Positions 55,234 through 64,000 of a stretch of 64,000 nt of DNA are shown here, piece by piece (position 1 is the first letter of the stretch; every line of letters starts with the position of its first letter). The notes beneath the pieces are model-generated. The model saw only the letters and a program-made list of their open reading frames with translations. It had not been told where the DNA came from and made no database searches. The translations under genes were made by a program, and so were the position numbers. This DNA comes from Candidatus Pacebacteria bacterium CG2_30_36_39 (GTDB lineage: Bacteria; Patescibacteriota; Microgenomatia; UBA1400; PJMF01), in the NCBI GenBank assembly GCA_001873435.1, contig MNZB01000002.1, forward strand, positions 1,620-65,619, given 5' to 3'.

Positions 55234-56292
55234 CTAATTTGCTTTCTTTGTTGAATAGAACTTTGCCCATATTAAAAAGCTAAAAACAAATGCTAAGGTA
55301 GCAAAGAAGGTAATGATTTTTCCAGTTGTATTTAGAAACAATGATAGGACTCCTAAAAATAAACTAACTAGCCAATAAAAAATAGCTATTCTTCTTTTGC
55401 CCCAACCTAATAAATCCATTAATTTATGATGCAAGTGTCCTCTATCACCCCAAAAAGGTGATTTTCCAGCTAAGATTCTTCTAGAGATAGTAAAGATTCC
55501 ATCAGCTGTTGGTAGAGCAATCACCATTAGTGTCGTTGCAAGTTTTGCTCCAGATAAAATAGCTAGAATGCTTAAAAAGAATCCTGCTAGTGAGCCAGCT
55601 CCATATCCTGGCATCATTTTTTGTGGATACCAATTCCAGAGTAATAAGCCAAAAAAAGCTCCTCCTACAATAAAACTAAGGTAGGCGGTATTAAAAGTAG
55701 TTGGATCATCTATAAAGCGAAAAGAAAGTAAGCCGATGAAGATTGCAGAGATACTAACAAATCCTGGTAATTGTCCATCCACGCCTTTTGCCCAATTAAG
55801 GATATTCATGTTCCATAGGATGAAAAATAAAGTGCCTATTCCAGATAATGAAAGTAGATTGTTCATTGCTGGCTGATTAATAAATGGTATCTGAGGAATA
55901 AATAGGACTCCTTCTTTGAAAGGGTTACTTACATATTCGATTCCAATGCCAGACTGAACAACTAGAATTGCGGCCAGTAAGCCAGTACCCATTCTAATGA
56001 ATGGATTAATATCCCAGATATCATCAATAGTTCCAACAATCATTAAGATGGTAGCTCCTATTAAGATGTTGATTAAATATTGATCTAAATTTAAGAACAA
56101 AATGCTACTAATTAAAATTCCTAGAAATACTACAATTCCACCCCCTCTAGGAACTGGTTTGTGATGAGTTTTTTTGGCGTGTGGAAGTTTTTCTGGATCG
56201 TCTAGCCAGTTATTTTTTTTATACCAACGTATGACTAATGGTGCTGTTAATCCAGATAGTAGCGCAGTAATTAAAAAAATAAATATTGTCAT
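55234..56292 (-). CDS. WecA/TagO (MraY-family) polyprenyl-phosphate GlcNAc-1-phosphate transferase
   Basis: H.KPVPRGGG, GTIDD, N..NWAKGVDG, WNWYP and RR...SPF.GDRGHLHH. ATGA overlap with the upstream gene. Confidence 0.9.
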   Translation of the reverse strand: MTIFIFLITALLSGLTAPLVIRWYKKNNWLDDPEKLPHAKKTHHKPVPRGGGIVVFLGILISSILFLNLDQYLINILIGATILMIVGTIDDIWDINPFIRMGTGLLAAILVVQSGIGIEYVSNPFKEGVLFIPQIPFINQPAMNNLLSLSGIGTLFFILWNMNILNWAKGVDGQLPGFVSISAIFIGLLSFRFIDDPTTFNTAYLSFIVGGAFFGLLLWNWYPQKMMPGYGAGSLAGFFLSILAILSGAKLATTLMVIALPTADGIFTISRRILAGKSPFWGDRGHLHHKLMDLLGWGKRRIAIFYWLVSLFLGVLSLFLNTTGKIITFFATLAFVFSFLIWAKFYSTKKAN

Positions 56293-56627
56293 GTTACGAT
56301 CATTATTAGTCTTAATAAAATAATTCCATTTACCAGCAATAAGGCTACACTGGTCCAAGAAAATAGTTTTTGAATGTTTGTTTCAATCTCTTTAAATATT
56401 CCTATTAATAATAAGTGAGAAGCCGTAATTAGCCAGGAAAAAACTGGGAAAAGGAAAATCCACCACTTATCAACTAGTTGTTTTTCTGGTTGTGAGAGTG
56501 AATAAAAAATAGGAATGACTGGTTGTAGAAATGGAAATGACACTCCAGCGGTTAGAGTAGTAACAAAAGCTAGTAGCAGCATCGCTTGAGCTGGTTGCTG
56601 TAAATGTTTGGGAACCAACCTAGACAT
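56289..56627 (-). CDS. Small 3-TM membrane protein
   Basis: Hydrophobic, with a P.IPIFYS motif; TATAAT 6 nt before the ATG. Confidence 0.7.
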   Translation of the reverse strand: MSRLVPKHLQQPAQAMLLLAFVTTLTAGVSFPFLQPVIPIFYSLSQPEKQLVDKWWIFLFPVFSWLITASHLLLIGIFKEIETNIQKLFSWTSVALLLVNGIILLRLIMIVT

Positions 56628-56642
56628 GATTCTATTATACCG

Positions 56643-58229
56643 TTAATTGTCTGTTTGACGGAGATAAACAGTCATTGTTTGGTATTGAGTGTCATTTGCA
56701 TAATAAAATGAGTCTAGGTATTGTTGTAATTCATAAAACTTTTCGTTTTCATCTTTCATTACAACAATCATTCTTGGCTTCTCTTTTTTAATTTGAGCTA
56801 GAGTTCTTTCATGGTCTTTGAAATCTTTAATGTGGAAAGAAACTGTAAATCTAGATGTCGGAGTAGTTTCTGAAACGGCATAAAGCATTGGGTTGGTGCC
56901 CCAAATAAAGATTCTATCTAGATTCATGCCTCTAATTATTTTAGCTACTTGGTAGTTATCATTAACCATTGGATTGAAGCCAGAATCATATTCTTCGTTT
57001 GTTATTTCTCCAGAAACAAATTTGTAGAATTGTGAGTAATAATGTCCGGTTTCATATGGGCGAACATTTAATAAAAGCATGATGTATATAGGTAAAGCAA
57101 ATAGTAGTGTACCTAGCAATAGTTCTCGATATTGTTTTTTCCAGAGAGTTATTTTGTTCAAAAATACTCCGACTAAAAGTGAGAATGCCGGTACTACTTG
57201 AAGCAAATAGTGTGGATATGGTCTATTTGATAATAATGAGGCAAAAAGTGAGAGGATGAACCATCCTGAGATAAATTTAAAGATTGGAGAGATTTTTTTC
57301 TTAGCAAAGCTTAGGACATAGATCAGCCCTGCCATGATTAAAACTTTTCCTGGAAGACTAAAGAAGAAGGCAATTAATTGATTGGGGAATTCTGGGTGCC
57401 AAGAACCGCTATAGCGAATATTATAAAGTAGTCCATAGTCTAAATAATCTTTTCCAGAGCCAATTGCGACAAAATAAATAATTGAAGCAATGATCGGTAT
57501 TAGGATTCCAACAAAAAGAGCAATTGATTTGCTAATAAATTTCCAGAATAAAGAAACTTTTTCTTTTATTTCAATTGATTTCTTAATTAGTATTTCTGAG
57601 AATGAGAACCAACCAAGTAAGGCCACAGCTCCAAAGTCTAATAAGGCTGGTACTTTAGTTAAAATTCCAAATCCCAAGAATATTCCTGATGCTATTAGTA
57701 AACCAAATTCTTTTTTGGATGTTTTTTGCAAAGCATCTTCTTGGTTGTCTTCAACAAAGTTTTTAAATAATTTTGTTTTAGCAAAAAAAGTAAGGCCCAC
57801 CATAACAAAGCCCATTACAAATAGTTCTCCATTTGGTAGGTGTCCTTCAAACCAAGGCAAGGTGGTTAGCAGAACAAAAATTAATGAACTGATAAAAGCA
57901 TATTTGGCACTATTAAATAGTTTTTTGGCAAACATAAAAAATAATGTTGTTGTGACAATCATCCAGCCAAAATTTAATAGACGAAAATAAAATTGATTTG
58001 GGACCATTGCTAGGTAATAAATAATTGGTGTTTTATGATCAATTATGTCTGTGTAAAGTTTGAGTCCATTGCGTAGACCAGTACCTAGAGTCAAGTAAAT
58101 TGCTTCATCTCCATACCAGTATGGTTCGAAGAAATTAGGAATACGGAGAATTACTATTAGTAGCCACAAGATTAGGGTTTCGAGGTTTGTTTCGCATTTT
58201 TTGTCTAATTTGAGGAAGAGTTTTTTCAC
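56643..58229 (-). CDS. GT-C fold membrane glycosyltransferase
   Basis: LRIP...YGDEAIY...LYTDI.DHKTP.IYY, NGELF, TK and YPHY.LQ. Confidence 0.8.
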   Translation of the reverse strand: MKKLFLKLDKKCETNLETLILWLLIVILRIPNFFEPYWYGDEAIYLTLGTGLRNGLKLYTDIIDHKTPIIYYLAMVPNQFYFRLLNFGWMIVTTTLFFMFAKKLFNSAKYAFISSLIFVLLTTLPWFEGHLPNGELFVMGFVMVGLTFFAKTKLFKNFVEDNQEDALQKTSKKEFGLLIASGIFLGFGILTKVPALLDFGAVALLGWFSFSEILIKKSIEIKEKVSLFWKFISKSIALFVGILIPIIASIIYFVAIGSGKDYLDYGLLYNIRYSGSWHPEFPNQLIAFFFSLPGKVLIMAGLIYVLSFAKKKISPIFKFISGWFILSLFASLLSNRPYPHYLLQVVPAFSLLVGVFLNKITLWKKQYRELLLGTLLFALPIYIMLLLNVRPYETGHYYSQFYKFVSGEITNEEYDSGFNPMVNDNYQVAKIIRGMNLDRIFIWGTNPMLYAVSETTPTSRFTVSFHIKDFKDHERTLAQIKKEKPRMIVVMKDENEKFYELQQYLDSFYYANDTQYQTMTVYLRQTDN

Positions 58230-58269
58230 AACTTACAGTGTACAGGTAAATTGCTCGTTAGCTCAAGTA

Positions 58270-59766
58270 TTAAACTTTTTCTGTTACTCGATACTCGATG
58301 TATTTGCCCAGCATTAGCCTAGTATGAGCATCAATTCCAGGTAGAGCAGAAAAGAAAAATCCTACCACTGGCAGCAAAACAAATTCCAATGGCTGCTTGA
58401 TATAAGAAAAAATAGATCTTTTGAGATTTGGATGAGGAGGGCGATTTATGGCATCAAGCACAAAAATAACCACCATAGAAATTAAGGAAATGGTTAATAA
58501 AGTTGAGGTAACCTGTGGCAGGGTTTTTCCAATAATAGTGCGACTGAACTCTTCATTTAACAATGGAGGAAGAGTGGCTGAAACAGTGATAGCAAACCAA
58601 TTAACAGGCCAAAGGAAATGGTCTTCCACTACCTTTAAAACTCTAATAAATTTACCCCAAAAAGGAGCATCATTTAATACAAACTGACGAATGATATAGG
58701 CATCATCACTAACACCCCAAGCCCAACGCTTTAATTGCTCATATTGATTTATCATTGTGGGCCAGAAACCATGAGCTTGTGCTGCATCAGCATAGATAGG
58801 TAAGAAAATTGGGTTAACCTGAAAATCGCCTTTTTTAGCAAAATATGACTTAAAAAATAGACGATAATCTTCTGGAATAACATCAGTATCCCAATACCCA
58901 ATATCATGCACATGCTTTAGAGAAGTAGAATAAGTTGAGAAATTAATTAAACGGTCTCTTCTCATTAAAATATACATTTGAGTAATGGAAAAAATAGCTG
59001 CCATAACTCTAACTGGAGATGGTACATCCCAAATATTATTATAAAAAGCAATGCCACCCTGCCAAATTGTATTAAAAGGTTTCTCAACTGTTAGAAATTC
59101 ATAGGTAAGATTTGAAAAATAATGACGATGAAAACGAGCATCAGCATCCTCAGATGTAATGGTAATATTTTTGATATCCATACCAATTTCATCAACTAAA
59201 AACTTTTTTGCTTGAATAGCACCCCAACAGGTATTAGAAGATTTCCCCTTTATCTCTCCATGGATATCTGGATGAAAAGTGCTCCATAAATGACCAAACT
59301 TTTTTTGAAATTGTTTTAATAAACTCTTTGCTTTATCTTGTCCATCTTGTCCTTCTCGCTCCTCAAAAGACAACATAATATGGATGTTTTTTAATGGATA
59401 AGACTGTTTAGAGAGAGACTCTAAGGTTTTTTCCAGCGTTTCAATAGGCTCTTTATAAGTTGGAATAACAATAATATGGTGAATTGAGTTCCATTTTTCT
59501 GGCAAAGAAGTTTTAAGATCAGTAATCCAATCAAATTCAGAAGATGCCTTAATTTTAAAATGTGCCATAACGGACAGTACCGACATAGTTAGTGATCTAT
59601 AAAGCCAATAAACTGTAAAAGCTATAACGTAGTAAGCGACTGCGGTAGGAATAATAAATGAACCCCAAACTGGGAAGAGAATTAGCGACCAGGAAACGAA
59701 TCCTGGCAAAATTTCTAAAGCTCTTTGAGTGCGGATGGGATGTCTTCTAAAATAGCGACGAATCAT
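58270..59766 (-). CDS. Membrane GT2 glycosyltransferase with QxxRW motif
   Basis: IPTYKEP, KGKSSN, DAD, PED and QLKRWAWG. Start at MIRRY (59766) lies 6 nt after TACAAT. Confidence 0.88.
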   Translation of the reverse strand: MIRRYFRRHPIRTQRALEILPGFVSWSLILFPVWGSFIIPTAVAYYVIAFTVYWLYRSLTMSVLSVMAHFKIKASSEFDWITDLKTSLPEKWNSIHHIIVIPTYKEPIETLEKTLESLSKQSYPLKNIHIMLSFEEREGQDGQDKAKSLLKQFQKKFGHLWSTFHPDIHGEIKGKSSNTCWGAIQAKKFLVDEIGMDIKNITITSEDADARFHRHYFSNLTYEFLTVEKPFNTIWQGGIAFYNNIWDVPSPVRVMAAIFSITQMYILMRRDRLINFSTYSTSLKHVHDIGYWDTDVIPEDYRLFFKSYFAKKGDFQVNPIFLPIYADAAQAHGFWPTMINQYEQLKRWAWGVSDDAYIIRQFVLNDAPFWGKFIRVLKVVEDHFLWPVNWFAITVSATLPPLLNEEFSRTIIGKTLPQVTSTLLTISLISMVVIFVLDAINRPPHPNLKRSIFSYIKQPLEFVLLPVVGFFFSALPGIDAHTRLMLGKYIEYRVTEKV

Positions 59767-59808
59767 GTAGTTATTGTATCCCATCTTTGTTTAAGAGTTG
59801 TTAGCTGC

Positions 59809-60669
59809 TTATTTGCTAAAAGAATAGTTAAAAAACTCTTCAGAATTATTATAAATTTGTTCCAAATCTAATTGCAGCTCTTCCTCAGCAAACTTTGCTG
59901 TTTCAGCAATCATCCATGGTTCACAAACTTTTCCTCTATGCATTTGAGGTGGTAAATATGGAGCATCTGTTTCTATTAGCAATCTGTTCATTGGAACTTG
60001 TTTAATTAAATTACGTAAGGAATCAGCTTTTTTGTAACTTACATTCCCATCAAATCCTATATATCCACCCAATTGAACTGCTTCAGTAACATATTCACTA
60101 GGACCTGAAACACAATGTAAAACAAATTTATCTGTTGGTTTTAATTTTTGTTTAAGAATTTCTAGTGTTTGCCAATAAGCATCTTCTCGATCTTGATCAT
60201 CTCTAACATGAATAATTAGCGGAAGATTATGTTTTTGAGCTAAAGAAATTTGAAGTTTAAATAATTCTTGTTGAGCTATTTGTGTTTTGGCAAATAAATC
60301 AGTTCCTCTTTCTAGCCGAAAATAATCTAGGCCAGTTTCACCAATTGCCTTAACATTTCCATTGGGCAATAAATCATTAAAGAAATTTTCAATTTCCACT
60401 AAAGAAAAATCTAAGGCATGTTCTGGATGTATGCCAATGGCTGCGATAATTTGCTCTTTTTGTTCTGCAATCTCAATTGCTAATAAAGAAGTTTCTTTGT
60501 TGGCGCCAACTACGACCGTGCCAGCAATTTCATGTTGTTGAGCTTGTTCCCAATGATCTTGCCAATTCATTCTAAGTAAATGACTTTTTTCTTCCAACCT
60601 AAAATGAACTGGATTACCAGAATAAAGAGGCTCCAAATTATAGTGGCAATGAGTGTCAATTATTTTCAC
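59809..60669 (-). CDS. tatD: TatD family DNase
   Basis: IDTHCH, GIHP, IGETGLDY, PLIIHVR, HC and ETDAPYL. Confidence 0.93.
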   Translation of the reverse strand: MKIIDTHCHYNLEPLYSGNPVHFRLEEKSHLLRMNWQDHWEQAQQHEIAGTVVVGANKETSLLAIEIAEQKEQIIAAIGIHPEHALDFSLVEIENFFNDLLPNGNVKAIGETGLDYFRLERGTDLFAKTQIAQQELFKLQISLAQKHNLPLIIHVRDDQDREDAYWQTLEILKQKLKPTDKFVLHCVSGPSEYVTEAVQLGGYIGFDGNVSYKKADSLRNLIKQVPMNRLLIETDAPYLPPQMHRGKVCEPWMIAETAKFAEEELQLDLEQIYNNSEEFFNYSFSK

Positions 60670-60672
60670 AAA

Positions 60673-62097
60673 TTAACCTATTCTAGGAAGTAGTGGTGAT
60701 AGTGCTGTAATTTCCGTTTTAGAAAAATGATTTTTAATGGTAGCGGCTAATTCTGGCATAAATGGTTGCAACATCTCTGTTAAGAGACGTAATTGAGAAA
60801 TTGCTTCTTTAAGTGTTATATGAGCAGTTGCTACTTCTTGTTTCCAGGGTTGTTTTGTTGCCAAAAATTGATCTAAGTTATTTTGAATTTTTTGAGTTAT
60901 TTGTAAGGCAGCTGCTAAATCATAATTACCCAAAGAATCCAAATATTCTTTAGGTAAAACTGGTTTTAAAGTGTCATTTTTTAATTCAGTTTTTTCACAT
61001 AACTTAGCAATTCTAGAACAAAGATTACCCAATCCATTAGAAAGATTTGCAGTGTAAGTTGTATCCAATTTTTCCCAAGTAACATCCATATCTGAACCAA
61101 ATGGACCAAGGTTCATTAATAAATAGCGAGTAGCATCGGTGCCGTAGCGATCCACCATTTCTTTGGGAGAAATAACGTTACCCAAAGATTTACTCATTTT
61201 TTGACCAGCAACACTAATAAAACCGTTAATCAAAATTTGTTTAGATGGCTGAACTCCCGCAGCAAATAACATAGCTTGCCACATAGCTGATTGTTGGCGT
61301 AGATTGTCTTTCCCAGCAAGTTGAATGCCAGGCCAGAAACGGGCAAATTCACTCATTTCTTCATTATTAGGCCAACCCAAAGTTGAAATATAGTTCACTA
61401 AAGCATCAAACCAAACATACATCACATGTTTGTCATCATTTGGTACGGGAATGCCCCAAGGCATTTTCTCTTTTAATCTAGAAATACTAAAGTCTTGTAA
61501 GCCGTTCTGAACAAAAGCAGTGATTTCTTTCATTTTACTATCTGGTTTAACAAACTCTGGATTTTTAGCATATAAATCCAACAATGGTTGTTGAAAAGCA
61601 CTAAACTTGAAGAAATAGTTTTCTTCTTCTCTGAGTTCAATTTCTTTATTTGGATGAAGTGGGCATTTGCTGTCTACTAACTCTGAATCAGTTTTTTCTA
61701 GTTCACAACCAACACAATATTTCGTTTTATATTCTTTTTTGTAAATATAGCCATTTTTATCGCATAGTTCCCAAAATTTTTGAGCAGCAGCAACATGATG
61801 TGTATCGGTAGTTCTAATAAAATGACTGTATTCTAGGTTTAAAAGCTTTTTTAATTCGCTAAATTTACTAGCATAGAAATCAACATAAGCTTGTGGTTCT
61901 TGATGATTTTTCAAAGCTTCTTGATAAATTTTTTGCCCATGTTCATCAGTACCAGTGTTAAAAACTACTTCTTTACCAAGTAAATCTCTTTGAAAACGAG
62001 CAATTACATCACCAGCCACTATTTCAAGAGCAAAGCCGATATGAGGCTCTGCATTAACATAGGGAAGGGTGGTAGTTAAGTAAAATGTATCTGGCAC
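60673..62097 (-). CDS. metG: Methionine-tRNA ligase (short form, no C-terminal tRNA-binding domain)
   Basis: PYVNAEPHIG (HIGH), GTDEHGQK, YVWFDAL and KMSKSLGN. Confidence 0.97.
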   Translation of the reverse strand: MPDTFYLTTTLPYVNAEPHIGFALEIVAGDVIARFQRDLLGKEVVFNTGTDEHGQKIYQEALKNHQEPQAYVDFYASKFSELKKLLNLEYSHFIRTTDTHHVAAAQKFWELCDKNGYIYKKEYKTKYCVGCELEKTDSELVDSKCPLHPNKEIELREEENYFFKFSAFQQPLLDLYAKNPEFVKPDSKMKEITAFVQNGLQDFSISRLKEKMPWGIPVPNDDKHVMYVWFDALVNYISTLGWPNNEEMSEFARFWPGIQLAGKDNLRQQSAMWQAMLFAAGVQPSKQILINGFISVAGQKMSKSLGNVISPKEMVDRYGTDATRYLLMNLGPFGSDMDVTWEKLDTTYTANLSNGLGNLCSRIAKLCEKTELKNDTLKPVLPKEYLDSLGNYDLAAALQITQKIQNNLDQFLATKQPWKQEVATAHITLKEAISQLRLLTEMLQPFMPELAATIKNHFSKTEITALSPLLPRIG

Positions 62098-62143
62098 AGT
62101 GGCTATTATAGCCTAGGTTTTAGGCTAAGTCAGATGGGTAAAA

Positions 62144-62590
62144 TTATTGATTTGTTTTTTTGAAATGATTAACTAAAGACCACCAAAAACTAGAACCAAT
62201 GGCTAATATTAGCCCGCTACCAATTCCCCAGAAATCTAGGTTGATTTGTTGCAATTTAATAAAGATTAGCCAGCCAATTAGAACTGACCAAAAAAAACCC
62301 CAAAATTTACGATGGGTTAAAAAACTAAAAAAGAAAAAATTGCCAATTCCTAAAATTAAATGAAAAGGCAAATAGCTATTGGGAAATATCCAGTTTTGTA
62401 TTAATGTTGGTTGAACGTTTTGCATTAAAAACCAAAGTCCAAGATAAAAACCAATGGCAATAAATAGAGTAGGGATTAGGTTGAATGATTCTTTTAGCCA
62501 TTTCTCTAGCCAAGAAAGGTTTAGTTTGGGTTTAACAATATGATTTTGTTGAACTGGTTGACGATTAAGGCGAGAGCGAGCTAATTGCAT
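62144..62590 (-). CDS. Hypothetical 4-TM membrane protein
   Basis: 148-aa hydrophobic ORF with a P.SYLPF motif. Confidence 0.65.
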   Translation of the reverse strand: MQLARSRLNRQPVQQNHIVKPKLNLSWLEKWLKESFNLIPTLFIAIGFYLGLWFLMQNVQPTLIQNWIFPNSYLPFHLILGIGNFFFFSFLTHRKFWGFFWSVLIGWLIFIKLQQINLDFWGIGSGLILAIGSSFWWSLVNHFKKTNQ

Positions 62591-62640
62591 GATTTAAGGT
62601 AGAGACTTAGTCCTATTTTCAAGTATACTCAATCTTACAT

Positions 62641-63759
62641 ATGACACTATGGGTAATTCTTTTATTTCTAGTAGTAATCGCAGGGTTTTTGTTGCTTTAT
62701 TTTACTTTGCAAAAAAGTCTTAATAATCATTCTCAAAATGATCAACAACTTGAAGATGTGGTGCATAAGGTTTTTGGCATGAGTGTGGGTAAAATTGCTG
62801 CTCAAAGCAAGCAAGTTTTGGAGGGTGAAAAACAAGCAATAAAAGTTGATTTGGATAATAAGAAACAAGCCATAGAAAAATTAGTAGAAGACTTGCAAAA
62901 AGATCTTGGTGAGAGACAAAAAGAAATTAGAGTTTTAGAACAAGATAGAGTAAAGAAATTTACTGAAATAACCTCAGCTCTGGCTGAACATCGTAAATTA
63001 ACAGAAGATTTAAGGGGCTCAACAGAACAACTCGCAAAGGTTTTATCTAACAATCAATCTCGTGGTGAGTGGGGCGAAAGAATTATTGAAGATTTAATGC
63101 AAGCTAATGGTTTGATTGAGGGCGTCCACTATTTACGTCAAACAAAACTTGGCTCTTCTACTTTCAGACCAGATATTACTTTAATTTTACCTAACCATCG
63201 CAACGTAGCTGTTGATGTTAAATTTCCGTACCAAGAGATCCAGAAAATGAGTGTGGCAGAAACTAAAAAAGCCAAAGATGATCATATGAAACAATTCGCA
63301 ATTGATCTGAAATTAAAGATTCAGAAAGTTGCAGAATACATCCGTCCTGAAGACGATACCCTGGATTATGCAATTATGTTTGTGCCCAATGAAATGGTGT
63401 TTTCATTTATCAACCAACGTTTTAGTGAATTAGTTGACTATGCAATGGCACAACGGGTGATTTTAGTTTCTCCGTTTACTTTTTTAATTGTTGCTCGAAC
63501 AGTGATGGAGAGTTATCGCAATTTTATGATTGGAGATAAGTTAAAAGAAGTAGTTAAGTATGTTGATGATTTTGTTCTAGAGTGGAGTAAGTTTAGAGAT
63601 GAGTTTGATAAATTTGGTCGATCTATAGATACTCTGAAGACTGGTTATGAAAAAATCACTGATACTCGAACTAAGCAAATGGATCGTAAGATAGAGAAAA
63701 TCGAAAGCTATCGCCAAGGTTCTAGTAAATTGTTAGATAGACCAGCAGATGAGAGCTAG
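62641..63759 (+). CDS. rmuC: DNA recombination protein RmuC
   Basis: N-terminal TM, coiled coil, RGEWGE, RPD..L.LP, VDVKFP, MFVPNE and VILVSP. Confidence 0.93.
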   Translation: MTLWVILLFLVVIAGFLLLYFTLQKSLNNHSQNDQQLEDVVHKVFGMSVGKIAAQSKQVLEGEKQAIKVDLDNKKQAIEKLVEDLQKDLGERQKEIRVLEQDRVKKFTEITSALAEHRKLTEDLRGSTEQLAKVLSNNQSRGEWGERIIEDLMQANGLIEGVHYLRQTKLGSSTFRPDITLILPNHRNVAVDVKFPYQEIQKMSVAETKKAKDDHMKQFAIDLKLKIQKVAEYIRPEDDTLDYAIMFVPNEMVFSFINQRFSELVDYAMAQRVILVSPFTFLIVARTVMESYRNFMIGDKLKEVVKYVDDFVLEWSKFRDEFDKFGRSIDTLKTGYEKITDTRTKQMDRKIEKIESYRQGSSKLLDRPADES

Positions 63760-64000
63760 TTTAACAAGCTAGATTTTTTAGCTATTTTTTTGAAATAATC
63801 ATTGAAAAATTGTAGGTCTTTTTTGATTACCACATTCCAATTAGGAACCATATTATGGTCTGTATTTGGATAGGTAAAGTAGTTAATTTCTATTTCTTCT
63901 TTATCAGTATTTTTTCTAGATTCATTAATCTTATTAATCTTTGCTACAAATTCATCTGACCAAGTTTTTAGGGCAGCTTCATCTGTGATTCCATGATGCA
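63756..64000 (-). CDS. Partial (3' end) alpha/beta hydrolase, S9 peptidase-like
   Basis: Manual translation: ...HHGITDEAALKTWSDEF...YFTYPNTDHNMVPNWNVVIKKDLQFF...LLN*. The HG..D and DH motifs match catalytic Asp and His. Confidence 0.75.
   Translation of the reverse strand, partial: HHGITDEAALKTWSDEFVAKINKINESRKNTDKEEIEINYFTYPNTDHNMVPNWNVVIKKDLQFFNDYFKKIAKKSSLLN

Noticed and set aside
957-63053. Many short ORFs antisense to or nested in real genes (for example 957-1163, 9109-9534, 26856-27209, 39358-39690, 57490-57990, 62802-63053)
   Set aside because: They are shadow frames of well-supported genes with no motifs or expression signals.
1-64000. Alternative genetic code (UGA=Gly, as in Gracilibacteria/Absconditabacteria)
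   Set aside because: Conserved genes are full length under code 11, and TGA acts as a stop in coupled ATGA overlaps (for example 5560-5563, 18238-18241, 56289-56292).

Overview
A low-GC, very gene-dense window using standard genetic code 11. It looks like chromosomal DNA from a CPR/Patescibacteria (Microgenomates-like) bacterium; this is an inference from gene content and signal-motif style. It holds housekeeping genes (eno, gpmI, queA, rarA, rlmN, upp, xseAB, dnaG, trxAB, gdhA, galU, tatD, metG, rmuC), a Zn/Mn ABC transporter, a copper-efflux operon, tRNA-Arg(GCG) and tRNA-Ser(CGA), an AT-rich amino-sugar/GT-C block after tRNA-Ser, and a polyprenol-linked glycan gene cluster. I saw no CRISPR array, integrase or transposase. 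The main leads are: (1) an 807-aa protein fusing an L-amino-acid-ligase-like ATP-grasp domain to a D-Ala-D-Ala-ligase-like domain; (2) a His-less CsoR/CstR-family repressor with a clear operator heading trxA-trxB-gdhA, while the copper operon is instead led by an ArsR-YHS/TRASH fusion with its own palindrome; (3) pervasive leaderless gene geometry (TANNNT + 6-7 nt + start codon), which also shows that the class A beta-lactamase-like gene is twice as long as the ORF track suggests and begins at ACG; (4) tandem degenerate CIRCE elements at hsp20.
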